DNA of 64,000 nucleotides from a virus (Duplodnaviria; Caudoviricetes): IMG/VR virus record IMGVR_UViG_3300042288_001626; one strand, 5' to 3'. Shown piece by piece: positions 54,320 to 62,920 of this stretch (position 1 is its first letter; each line of letters starts with the position of its first letter). The notes under the pieces were generated by a model. It saw only the letters and a program-made list of their open reading frames with translations, ran no database searches and was not told where the DNA came from. The position numbers and the translations under genes were made by a program.

Positions 54320-57199
54320 TTAGCCAACAGTCAACTTTAAGTTAACGTAGTTCATCGGGTATGGAACATTCAAGCGGACCTCAGCGTCAATACTGTCTTT
54401 AAATACAGGATTCTGTGCAACGCTGATGATATCGTCTTTAGGAGTGAAGCTGACTAACTGATTACCAGCACGAGCTGTAAACGTGTTGGTTGCTCTGCTG
54501 GATAACTCAGCAGCAATAGCTGCACGAACGATCCCCACCGTCTCAGGGTTGATGTTGTATCTTCCTACAAAGGGAGACAACACAGCCTTTAACGCATAGC
54601 TGATAGAGTCAACATTAGTGGTGATAGAGTCTTCTGAAGTATTAACTCCTGTTGTAGATGTGGTAAGCTGATGTCTGACATACGGAAGAGACGTGAGCGT
54701 TTCTTGCGCAATAATCCAGACTCCCTTATCCGCCATAACATCAAGATCGTCTTGAGTAAACTCAATCACAACCTTACTCAGTTCAGTGGCTCCTAAGAAC
54801 TGAGAATTGGTCAACCCTTGGTGAGGCACTACCCCGGAGCGAAGTCCTGCCAGCCCTGCAGCTGCAAAGAAACCCTGCTTCACAATATTTCCGTCTTTGA
54901 AGGTATCGGGGAATACGATACGAACACGGCGATCGTTATAGCTCTTTGCAATTGCTGCGATATTGGCAGCTCTTTCTGCCCGTGTGAAGTTTCTCACAAT
55001 GTTGACTTTCACTTCAGAACTAATTGGAAGAGGTAGTCCTGTCGAGAGAAGCAATGTAGAGTTTGTCTTAACACTATCTACAGTATATTCATCATAGACC
55101 TGGTTACCGTCCGGATCCAAACGATAGTTCACTCTCACCGAATCTCCTGTACGTACACCTTTTTCAAGAAAATTAGCTCCAGAAACAGTCACCAGGCGGT
55201 TGATTACCGTAGCGCTGGCCGTGTCTGCGGTGATGGTAGCTGTATAATTAACCGAGCCGTTCTTATCATAAAGAACAGAAGTCTTTTGATCTGGTACAGA
55301 CAACCAAGCAACTCTCCAGCGCCCTACCTCTTGACGGCTGTAGGCGTTAACATGAGAAACAACAGCTTGCTGAATTGCTGGATCAAATGTGAGAGGAGCA
55401 AAACTATACACACCTTCGCTCTTTTCTGACACTTTGATAGCTGCCACGTAGCCTGTAAGATCATCAGAGGCCACAGAAATATAGAACACTTCCTGTCCTG
55501 AGGCGTTGAGTACCGCGTCGTAGACTCCCTGAGCCAGAGGGTTGTCAGGATGCACAGTACCTAATTTAGAAGCGACAGAAGCAAGGTCTCTCACACTAGC
55601 GATAGCCGCCACCCCGTTCTGCAGCAAATCTCTATGCTCGACGAAAAGATTAGCTGACAGAATAGGAAGCCTGACTGCTACGCCTTGAGACACCAAGGAT
55701 GGGTCATAGGTCGTAATGTCAGAATTTACAGTAATGCTGTTGCCTGTCTGCGCCCAGTTACGAACGCCTGTCAACAAGTCACGCACAGCAGGAATCTGAA
55801 TAGACTCCTGAGTGAGCAGTAACTTAGCTGACAAGTTATTGCCGTCAGCTAACAAGGCAGCAGGCAGCTCTTCCGCCAGCTCCACAATCTTGGTGGCGCC
55901 GGTGCGTGCGGCAGTCACCGGAACATAATAAATATCTCCAGCAATCAAGTTGTCTCCCACAGACCCTGTCGGGAAAGTGACTTGTACCCCGAAGCTACCG
56001 ATGTTAAATGCCGTGTTCCTCTTGGGAAGAACAACAGAGCTTGTATCGATGTCCGAGGCTGAAACAACTAAACGAGCGCAAGTAGAAGCGTTGTTCAGTG
56101 CAGGATCATAAAAAGCACCCCCACGATCAACCCTCAAGGTATACTTCATATCAGAAGCCCCCGTATATGTTGAGTTTGTTGTGGGTGTTACGCGGGTAAC
56201 TGCTGCACGCAGATTTGAGATCGTCCAGGAAGCTCCAACAACAAAAGCTGTGGCTCCTGTGAAGTCGACAGCGACATAGTTGGCGTCATTACTGTCTACA
56301 CGGCAGATTAAATACTGCTTTGTGTTACCGCCCACAGTAACAGAGGTTATACCTACATCGGTCAATCTAGTGAATGCTCCAGAGCTAGAATCGACGGTAA
56401 ATTTCACATTAGCTAGCGTCGTGCCTGAAGTGACCGTAAACGTATACGTGTCAGTCATGATACCCAGGTTAGGATAACCTGCATAAGTAACAGCAGGGTT
56501 TGCTACCTTGGTTACGAGAGTAGCTGCAGAGTTAGCATCACCATTAGCTACCCCTACGTAAGCAACAGTCCCGTTGTTTTCAGTTACGGTAGCTCTGTTA
56601 GCTGTGTCGTTGGTAGCTGGAGCCACCACAGCAGCAAGAGTACTATTAACCAAGTAAGTTTCAGGACTGAGAGCCTTGATAGCTGCACGAACGGATCCTC
56701 CTGTGGTTCCTGTGACCTCAATAATGTCACCGACACGAACATCGCGATTAGAAAGCAAGGCAGACCTAGAATAGCCGTTAGCTGTAACCAGAGTAGTATT
56801 GCTGAAGCGTACTACGTTCGTGAAGTTTTTGCCTGAAGGGCTGAGTACGCGAACAACCGTGTCGGCACCAGCAGGAGGGATACCTAGAGCAGGGAGAGGG
56901 AAGTACTGTGCTTGCAGCTTCTCGGCGTAAACCTTAGTGTAAGCAGGATCGACCTTGGCTCCGGTAGGGACATTTGGAAAGTCATAAGAAGTGTTCGTGG
57001 TATAAAGATACCTATTTCCTGTGGTGAGAGAGACTCCTGCATTTGTGCCAAGAGCAGTAAGATCTTTTTCAGAAGACTCATTATAACGGATCAAATGATA
57101 GTTTGGTCCGATAATAAAAGCCGGAAGGGGGGTGATTGCCGAAGTAGGTACTTGCGTAAACTCCTGCGCGATCTTTACTCGAGGTGTGATATATGCCAT
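54320..57199 (-). CDS. contractile tail sheath protein (959 aa, with a large insertion)
   Basis: MAYITPRVKIAQEF start; C-terminal AAGLAGLRSGVVPHQGLTN...LDVMADKGVWII...VRHQLTT...NVPYPMNYVNLKL. Confidence 0.88.
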   Translation of the reverse strand: MAYITPRVKIAQEFTQVPTSAITPLPAFIIGPNYHLIRYNESSEKDLTALGTNAGVSLTTGNRYLYTTNTSYDFPNVPTGAKVDPAYTKVYAEKLQAQYFPLPALGIPPAGADTVVRVLSPSGKNFTNVVRFSNTTLVTANGYSRSALLSNRDVRVGDIIEVTGTTGGSVRAAIKALSPETYLVNSTLAAVVAPATNDTANRATVTENNGTVAYVGVANGDANSAATLVTKVANPAVTYAGYPNLGIMTDTYTFTVTSGTTLANVKFTVDSSSGAFTRLTDVGITSVTVGGNTKQYLICRVDSNDANYVAVDFTGATAFVVGASWTISNLRAAVTRVTPTTNSTYTGASDMKYTLRVDRGGAFYDPALNNASTCARLVVSASDIDTSSVVLPKRNTAFNIGSFGVQVTFPTGSVGDNLIAGDIYYVPVTAARTGATKIVELAEELPAALLADGNNLSAKLLLTQESIQIPAVRDLLTGVRNWAQTGNSITVNSDITTYDPSLVSQGVAVRLPILSANLFVEHRDLLQNGVAAIASVRDLASVASKLGTVHPDNPLAQGVYDAVLNASGQEVFYISVASDDLTGYVAAIKVSEKSEGVYSFAPLTFDPAIQQAVVSHVNAYSRQEVGRWRVAWLSVPDQKTSVLYDKNGSVNYTATITADTASATVINRLVTVSGANFLEKGVRTGDSVRVNYRLDPDGNQVYDEYTVDSVKTNSTLLLSTGLPLPISSEVKVNIVRNFTRAERAANIAAIAKSYNDRRVRIVFPDTFKDGNIVKQGFFAAAGLAGLRSGVVPHQGLTNSQFLGATELSKVVIEFTQDDLDVMADKGVWIIAQETLTSLPYVRHQLTTSTTGVNTSEDSITTNVDSISYALKAVLSPFVGRYNINPETVGIVRAAIAAELSSRATNTFTARAGNQLVSFTPKDDIISVAQNPVFKDSIDAEVRLNVPYPMNYVNLKLTVG

Positions 57200-57218
57200 A
57201 TTGGTTCTCCTTGGTATT

Positions 57219-57262
57219 TATTTATACTACTTGATTTTAGTTGAATTCTTCGGATTGTGCAA
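57219..57262 (-). promoter_or_regulatory. sheath promoter: TTGCAC-17-TAAAAT followed by TATAAATA; AAGGAG RBS downstream
   Basis: Read directly on the minus strand. Confidence 0.65.
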
Positions 57263-57278
57263 ACTTTTTTAACTAATT

Positions 57279-57968
57279 TTACTGGTTCAACAGAGGACTA
57301 TTTAAACAGTTTGTGAAGATCGTATAAGAAATTTTCTTAAGTTTAAGGTCATCCCCTTTAATAACTGCTCCCATATCAAAGACAGCGAGCAGTAGGATAT
57401 TTACCATAAAATGATCTTTACTCTCCAAGTATATTCGAGGAGCGTCCATAGAAACAAGTTTAAACTGTCTGATACAGAAATCTCTTTTAATGACCTCCTG
57501 ATAACGTAGAAATATATTGAATACGTATTCAGCTAGCTGTTCGACAAAGCCTACGTTAGTAGCAACCACAGAGATATTTATAGGCATAGATATCATGGCG
57601 TAGCGCATTTTTTCCGACTCTTGAGGAACCGCACCTATGAGCTGGTTTATGGTCGGGAATTTGAACTCGACTGGTCCTCTGGAGACATAGAGTCCTGGTC
57701 TTTTTTGAATTATGTCGTCCTTGTAGTGATAGGCTATTTCAAGGCTTATTCCAGAGGTGTAGTCATCTTCGTCATACTTTTGAGAAAACTTATAGCCGTC
57801 ACTTTGAGGAGAGTTCTCCATCATGTAGTTTTTAAGAATCTCAAAACAAATATTTTGCACAGTCCAAGGAGTAAGCACCATTACTCTTGAATCTTTTTCG
57901 TCACTCTCTCTAATGTATGGAGAAATGTAAGAAGGGTCTGCGGAAAGGCATTGAGGATCGTCAGACAT
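57279..57968 (-). CDS. tail terminator/completion protein
   Basis: Position between neck and sheath; KRPGLYVSRG...INISVVA...EQLAEYV. Confidence 0.5.
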   Translation of the reverse strand: MSDDPQCLSADPSYISPYIRESDEKDSRVMVLTPWTVQNICFEILKNYMMENSPQSDGYKFSQKYDEDDYTSGISLEIAYHYKDDIIQKRPGLYVSRGPVEFKFPTINQLIGAVPQESEKMRYAMISMPINISVVATNVGFVEQLAEYVFNIFLRYQEVIKRDFCIRQFKLVSMDAPRIYLESKDHFMVNILLLAVFDMGAVIKGDDLKLKKISYTIFTNCLNSPLLNQ

Positions 57969-57974
57969 AGTGTG

Positions 57975-58802
57975 CTAGTTAAGTATAGGGATTGGTATAG
58001 GTATACTGTATATTGTGTCGGTGGGAGGAATCAAATTTATTGCAGCTTTTTGAGTTAGCGGAATATTTGTTCCTGGGAACTGTTTCATTGCTCTAGACTG
58101 TACACTGTATCTGTACCCGTCAGTAGCGTCGCAAATAACATCTCTAACCTCAATAACAGGGTAGCCTGGCATTCTTATGATGGATGTGTACGTTTCTATA
58201 ACTCCGTTACCGTCCTGAGAGAGTTGCTTGTCCTGATTTGAAGTCTCCGTATAGTAAACACAAGCAACTGGAGGGTAATATCCTTCATCAATACCTACTC
58301 CATAATCTTGGTCTTTCGTGTCTGCTATAGGTACACCAGAAATAGGGTCGATATTCCTGCGAGTAGTTTTAGATCTTTTGCCGAAAGTTTTACGGCGAAG
58401 CAGCCAACCTTCTGTTCCTGTGAATCTGTTCAAAAGAATTTCTTTACGAATGATTTCAGCAGCCATAGCGTATTTACGCTGGCTGTGGCGCGTTGTTCCA
58501 AAGAGAACGGGATATGAGTTATACCTCTTGTTGTCTGCTGTAGTTAAAACAACACGGTACGAGTAATTGGGACTCCAGGATTGTTTCTGAAAGGAATTAT
58601 CTACAGCGAAAAATACCTCTCCTAGATTTTCTTTAATTGAGATAATTTGCGAAAAATCAGCAGCCTCAGAAATCTCTAAAGAAAAATTATACGGTCTCTG
58701 CCCATTGAAGAAAGGGTCTAGCTGCCATTGAATGAAGTGCCCTCTTACCCAGTCAGGAATGATGTCGACCTTTCTAAAGACCTTTAGAGGAGTTGTAGAC
58801 AT
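57975..58802 (-). CDS. neck/head-closure protein
   Basis: GTEGWLLRRK...GIDEGYYPP...RMPGYP...DVI pattern; neck-region context. Confidence 0.5.
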   Translation of the reverse strand: MSTTPLKVFRKVDIIPDWVRGHFIQWQLDPFFNGQRPYNFSLEISEAADFSQIISIKENLGEVFFAVDNSFQKQSWSPNYSYRVVLTTADNKRYNSYPVLFGTTRHSQRKYAMAAEIIRKEILLNRFTGTEGWLLRRKTFGKRSKTTRRNIDPISGVPIADTKDQDYGVGIDEGYYPPVACVYYTETSNQDKQLSQDGNGVIETYTSIIRMPGYPVIEVRDVICDATDGYRYSVQSRAMKQFPGTNIPLTQKAAINLIPPTDTIYSIPIPIPILN

Positions 58803-58803
58803 A

Positions 58804-59025
58804 TTATGTTCGAGAGTTAAAGAACCTGTAGGCGGGGTTGTATACCTTCTGCGTTGCTGTGCTTTGTTGGGTGCTGTCTGCTTTGTTAACGTTCTGTATC
58901 CTGGTTGTCTCTTTAGATTTATAGAGATAGTCAGCTAGCGCTGTTAAGCTTCTGCGGCTTCCTGCGATCTCAGTCAGAGCCTGCTTAAGGAGTCCTAGTC
59001 TGGCTTCGAAGGATAGTGTACTCAT
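58804..59025 (-). CDS. hypothetical protein
   Basis: 73-aa ORF; TAATG coupling to the upstream gene. Confidence 0.5.
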   Translation of the reverse strand: MSTLSFEARLGLLKQALTEIAGSRRSLTALADYLYKSKETTRIQNVNKADSTQQSTATQKVYNPAYRFFNSRT

Positions 59026-59471
59026 TAATATCGCCGTCTATATAGATACTCTGAGTGCTTGACTCCATATATTTGAGAAATGTTCTGATTCATCTTAATT
59101 TGCTGACCAAGCTCTTTGAAGTCTTGCTGCATGTTCTGAGATAAACTCATGAATATCTGTGCCTTGTCTCTGTCGTTAACCTGTACTCCATCTGCAGAGT
59201 AAGACAAGGAATTAGCTGCCTCGTTAATTGCTCCAGAACGTAATAAATATGCTGCAGTACCTAACAGGAGTAATGCTCTGTATGGAAAAGTTTCCAAAGT
59301 GTACATTATTCCTGTGGGAGGATTCATCAGGTTGTAGTAATCCACAGTATTTATCATGGCTTGTTCAATCATTTCAGGAGTGAACCTGATGCCTAGCAAC
59401 AAAGTGTTTAACTCTTCTCTATCTTGCATGAAGAGCCTGACTTCTTCGTTAGTTAAAATAGGAGTAGCCAT
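59025..59471 (-). CDS. head-tail adaptor protein
   Basis: EEVRLFMQD...FTPEMIEQAM...N...P...LLLGTAAYLL...LSYSADGVQV. Confidence 0.6.
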   Translation of the reverse strand: MATPILTNEEVRLFMQDREELNTLLLGIRFTPEMIEQAMINTVDYYNLMNPPTGIMYTLETFPYRALLLLGTAAYLLRSGAINEAANSLSYSADGVQVNDRDKAQIFMSLSQNMQQDFKELGQQIKMNQNISQIYGVKHSEYLYRRRY

Positions 59472-59483
59472 GATAATAACAAA

Positions 59484-59702
59484 TTAAAACTTAGCCTTAG
59501 CTAAGGGAGCTGCAGGTTTTGGTGTTGCAGATATCCCTGCGCCTCCTTGAGGTGCTGGTGTACCTTCTATAGGATTTGGAGCAGGTGCTCGTTGAACCAG
59601 CCCTACTGAAGGGGGGTTCTGAGGAGGAGCATTAACCATGGCTGCGGCAGATTTCTCAACAAATGACGCAAAGTCAGTTAGGATGTTTTCCGTATCGTTC
59701 AT
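59484..59702 (-). CDS. small Pro/Ala-rich protein
   Basis: 72 aa; FASFVEKSAAA; has its own leaderless-type promoter. Confidence 0.55.
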   Translation of the reverse strand: MNDTENILTDFASFVEKSAAAMVNAPPQNPPSVGLVQRAPAPNPIEGTPAPQGGAGISATPKPAAPLAKAKF

Positions 59703-59708
59703 GTTTAA

Positions 59709-59737
59709 ATTATAACTCTAGTTATAAGATTTATCAA
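59709..59737 (-). promoter_or_regulatory. sigma70-like promoter TTGATA-17-TATAAT, leaderless geometry, overlapped by a palindrome
   Basis: The -10 ends 6 nt before the ATG at 59702; ttataac-tcta-gttataa at 59710-59727. Confidence 0.75.
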
Positions 59738-59754
59738 GCTTGTTAGTAAATAAC

Positions 59755-59782
59755 AAAAAGGGGACCCGAAGGTCCCCTTTTT
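59755..59782 (-). terminator. terminator after the major capsid gene (cUUCGg loop)
   Basis: AAAAAGGGGACC-TTCG-GGTCCCCTTTTT. Confidence 0.92.
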
Positions 59783-59804
59783 ATATCTAACTGGTTAGTT
59801 AAGC

Positions 59805-60761
59805 TTAGGTGAATTCAATCCTAACAACACCCTTAACGTTACCGATAGCGAGCGAGATGTTCATGTACTGGAAGTACTCGAGGAAGTAGGCTTCGTTTTT
59901 CATGAACACAGTGAGAGGCTGCAACCTGTAGTACTTGCCGAAGAACTCTTCGGAAGAGAACAGATAGATGACCCCGTCAGGAACCAAGTCACGCTTGATC
60001 GTGTAGATCGGTTTCACACCCAAGAGAGTCTTGGAGGGAAGACCGCTAACGAACATTTCCTGAGAAAGATCGCCACCGACTTCACCACGACCCATCTTGA
60101 GGAAGTCCTGCGCAGTGACATTGTTCATCAACATAATGCCCTTGCTGTCGCCGCCATCAGGCTGAGAAGGACCGAACGGTACCTTGAGGCGCTGCATGAC
60201 TTTAAACGCTTCAGACATACTGTCACGGGTAATTCCCCCGGAGATGGTAACATTCTGAGGAAGACCTAAGCCGTTCAGATTGTTAGCAGTGTTGACAGTA
60301 CCAATCACACTATTCACGCGCTCAATAAAGCGAGTGTCGATCTCAGTAGCAATGTCCTTGGTGCTGAGTTCAAGCATGATTGCACGAATGTCGTAATCAT
60401 AGCTGCGGAGCTGATCGATATCCTTGTTATACTTAGGACTCACGATACGTGAGAAGTACGAAGGATAGCGTGTGCCAGAGAACTGGAACATATCAGGCAC
60501 CACACCGAGAGGTACAGTGACGGCAGGAGCGGTGTCAGGTTCACGATCATTCCACTTAACAAGCAACTCAGGATTCTCAGCCTTGTCGAGATCGTCATTG
60601 GCGATATCGATAGGAGTGATAATCTTTTCTGTGAAGCTTTCTTCACGAAGCTTGTTACGTGTGAAGGACTGCATGCTGACAGCTGCTTTCTTTTCTTCAC
60701 CGGCCTTAACCATTTCAACGAACGTATCGTTGAACACTCTTTGATTTGCGATTTTTTCCAT
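59805..60761 (-). CDS. major capsid protein (HK97-like fold, 318 aa)
   Basis: KLREESFTEKIITP, RIVSPKYNKDIDQLRSYDYDIR, KDIATEIDTRF, ends GVVRIEF; follows the decoration gene and precedes a strong terminator. Confidence 0.8.
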   Translation of the reverse strand: MEKIANQRVFNDTFVEMVKAGEEKKAAVSMQSFTRNKLREESFTEKIITPIDIANDDLDKAENPELLVKWNDREPDTAPAVTVPLGVVPDMFQFSGTRYPSYFSRIVSPKYNKDIDQLRSYDYDIRAIMLELSTKDIATEIDTRFIERVNSVIGTVNTANNLNGLGLPQNVTISGGITRDSMSEAFKVMQRLKVPFGPSQPDGGDSKGIMLMNNVTAQDFLKMGRGEVGGDLSQEMFVSGLPSKTLLGVKPIYTIKRDLVPDGVIYLFSSEEFFGKYYRLQPLTVFMKNEAYFLEYFQYMNISLAIGNVKGVVRIEFT

Positions 60762-60789
60762 AATCTTTTATTTATTTTCCTAGTTAAGT

Positions 60790-61320
60790 TTAGCTGGCGA
60801 GCTTGATTGCAAGCACATTCACAGAGTTTGGCTGATACGAGAAGCTTCTCGTTCTTGTGGCTCCTGTAACAGGATCAGTCAATGTAACAGTGGTAGTCTG
60901 ATTTTCTTTGCCTGGCAAAGCGCGAACGCCTTCAACCCAACCGATCAGACGATTACCAGTGGCCCATTGAGCTACGAGTCCTGAGTTGGCTGAAGCTGTG
61001 AGTGGCGTACCTGCTGCGATGGTATTGAGGTTGATCGAGGATTCGATCTGATCTGTTTCAATAACAGAACCACCATCGAGAGCGTACACTCCGATTTTGC
61101 CCGACTCGATAGCGTCTCCCATACCTGCGCTATTGATAGCGAAGCCTAAGAGCGTAGTGCTGTCGTTCAAGGTAGCGTTACCTTTAGTTACTGTGGTGTT
61201 GCCGGAACCTGTTTGGGTAACACGGACAATCATACCTGCTGTGATATCTGAAGTTGCTGGACTGCCGACATAGTTTACTTGGTGTAAGCTAAGAGCAGGA
61301 CCCTTTTTGAAGTTAATCAT
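60790..61320 (-). CDS. capsid decoration/cement protein
   Basis: Beta-rich 176-aa protein directly before the MCP; SGKIGVYALDGGSVIETDQ...AGTPLT; AGGAG RBS. Confidence 0.6.
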   Translation of the reverse strand: MINFKKGPALSLHQVNYVGSPATSDITAGMIVRVTQTGSGNTTVTKGNATLNDSTTLLGFAINSAGMGDAIESGKIGVYALDGGSVIETDQIESSINLNTIAAGTPLTASANSGLVAQWATGNRLIGWVEGVRALPGKENQTTTVTLTDPVTGATRTRSFSYQPNSVNVLAIKLAS

Positions 61321-61418
61321 AATGTTCTCCTATTTGTTTGTTGTGTTTTGGTTTTCTCTCTTGCGGTTACACCCCGATTTCCGGCCAAGGAATATTCAGT
61401 AATGTCTCTATCAAAAGT

Positions 61419-61455
61419 TATATACTATTTTCTTAAAATAATAAGCCTAAGTCAA
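61419..61455 (-). promoter_or_regulatory. candidate capsid-operon promoter TTGACT-17-GAAAAT followed by TATATAA
   Basis: About 100 nt upstream of the decoration gene. Confidence 0.45.
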
Positions 61456-61467
61456 TAGTTTTTTTAA

Positions 61468-61863
61468 TTATTCGTCATCTAATAAACTATATCCGTTACT
61501 ATAGCCGAAAGCTCTACGAATAACAGGATCATCAGACTGTGTGGATGACTTCACGGTAGCTACCTTACCCATATAAGCTACATCAGAAGCATTACATACA
61601 CGTTCGACTATTTTAGCTAAGTAAGCACTATCTTCTTTTGCTTTCTTAACAAATAATGCTTTTTCTTCCTCATCATTAATAAAGTCAGAGCTATACATAG
61701 CTTCTGCAGCCTTTCTAAGTAGTATATCTAACTCCTTAGACTTGTTGGCTTGAACAGAAGCCTCCTTGGTTTGCAAAGAGGCTACTTGTGACTTTAAGTC
61801 AGCTATTTCTGAAAGTGCAACCTTAACAAATGATTGAATCTTATCCAGGGCTTCTTTCGTCAT
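61468..61863 (-). CDS. K-x-A-rich coiled-coil head protein (scaffold-like)
   Basis: KEA, KVA, KEA, KAA, KKA, KVA; coiled-coil N-terminal half. Confidence 0.55.
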   Translation of the reverse strand: MTKEALDKIQSFVKVALSEIADLKSQVASLQTKEASVQANKSKELDILLRKAAEAMYSSDFINDEEEKALFVKKAKEDSAYLAKIVERVCNASDVAYMGKVATVKSSTQSDDPVIRRAFGYSNGYSLLDDE

Positions 61864-61996
61864 CTTTTATTTGTTTTAAGGTTAATAAGTTTTTGATGTA
61901 CTTAAGAATTTTTTCTTTATCTTCTGCACTCAAAAAATTAATCATATGTAATGCCTGCTGCTCCAGGGACTGAGGTTGTTCAGGAGCAGCAGGCAT
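61841..61996 (-). CDS. 51-aa ORF whose start codon lies in a hairpin (below the cutoff)
   Basis: MPAAPEQPQSLEQQALHMINFLSAEDKEKILKYIKNLLTLKQIKDDERSPG. Confidence 0.4.
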   Translation of the reverse strand: MPAAPEQPQSLEQQALHMINFLSAEDKEKILKYIKNLLTLKQIKDDERSPG

Positions 61997-62005
61997 ACAT
62001 TAGAG

Positions 62006-62920
62006 TTACTGAGCAGCAGGAGCCAACTCAGACTTAAGCTTGTTTAAAACCAAGTCAGCCACAGACTCAGCGAGTTTAACCTGCTGTTGCTGTGCGGATA
62101 ACTCAGCAGCCTTAGCCATCTCAATAGATTGTAACTGGCTAAAGTAGCCTTCATACTGAGCGAGCTTAGCTGAAAGTGCCTGATTTTCCTTAATAGCTTC
62201 TTCAAGAGCTGCCTGCTTGACCACTTCGTCAAAATAAGCGGCACCTGCAGCTTCAGCCTGCTTTTCGTTAGCGGCAGAGTTTTCAAGGTTTTCTGCTGCA
62301 TTGGAAATAATCAAATCAAAGTCTCTGCGACCTGCCTGCTTCATCAATTCAGCCTCATCAGGAGTGCTTGTTTCGGCAGCGGCTTTAATAAGGGCTGCAC
62401 AAAACTGACGACCCAATTCATAGCTAGCTACCTTAGCTACGAGAGACTCAACCTCTTCAGAATCTTCAGCCTTCTTAGCGCCAGACACTGGCTTGGAGGA
62501 ATCTGAGGAGCCTTTCTGCTTGTAGTTTTGATCGTTGTTCTCAGGCTTCACCTTATTTTTATCTGTGGTGTGTTCGTCCACGCTTTCCGGATTCAGGGTA
62601 GCTGGAGCGCCTGTAACAGAATCCTGGGCTTCTGCTTGTTTGCGGATAATGTCCAGAATCTCTGCACCCAAGTCATTAGCTGTTTTTGCTTTTGAAACTG
62701 GCTCAGAAGGATCTTCGGAAGGCTTCTGCGAGTAGCCTTGTGCCACATTCTCAGGGCCTACAGAGTTTTTGTTTGTTGTGTTATGCTCGTCGCTAACACT
62801 AACAGACTTAACATCTTCGCCTGGGGCGCCTGAAATGTTTTTCTGTGCTTCTTCAGCTTGTTTCTTCACCATGGAGTGAAGTTGATTGAGGACTTCTGCG
62901 TGTTTGGTTAGTTTTGCCAT
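62006..62920 (-). CDS. prohead scaffold-like protein
   Basis: Acidic/Ala-rich with C-terminal coiled coil, internal ~60-aa duplication, 13 K-x-A motifs; AGGAG RBS. Confidence 0.6.
   Translation of the reverse strand: MAKLTKHAEVLNQLHSMVKKQAEEAQKNISGAPGEDVKSVSVSDEHNTTNKNSVGPENVAQGYSQKPSEDPSEPVSKAKTANDLGAEILDIIRKQAEAQDSVTGAPATLNPESVDEHTTDKNKVKPENNDQNYKQKGSSDSSKPVSGAKKAEDSEEVESLVAKVASYELGRQFCAALIKAAAETSTPDEAELMKQAGRRDFDLIISNAAENLENSAANEKQAEAAGAAYFDEVVKQAALEEAIKENQALSAKLAQYEGYFSQLQSIEMAKAAELSAQQQQVKLAESVADLVLNKLKSELAPAAQ

Noticed and set aside
38041-57199. Stand-alone T6SS or extracellular contractile injection system
   Set aside because: The same window has capsid, neck, terminase and replication genes, so this is a phage tail.
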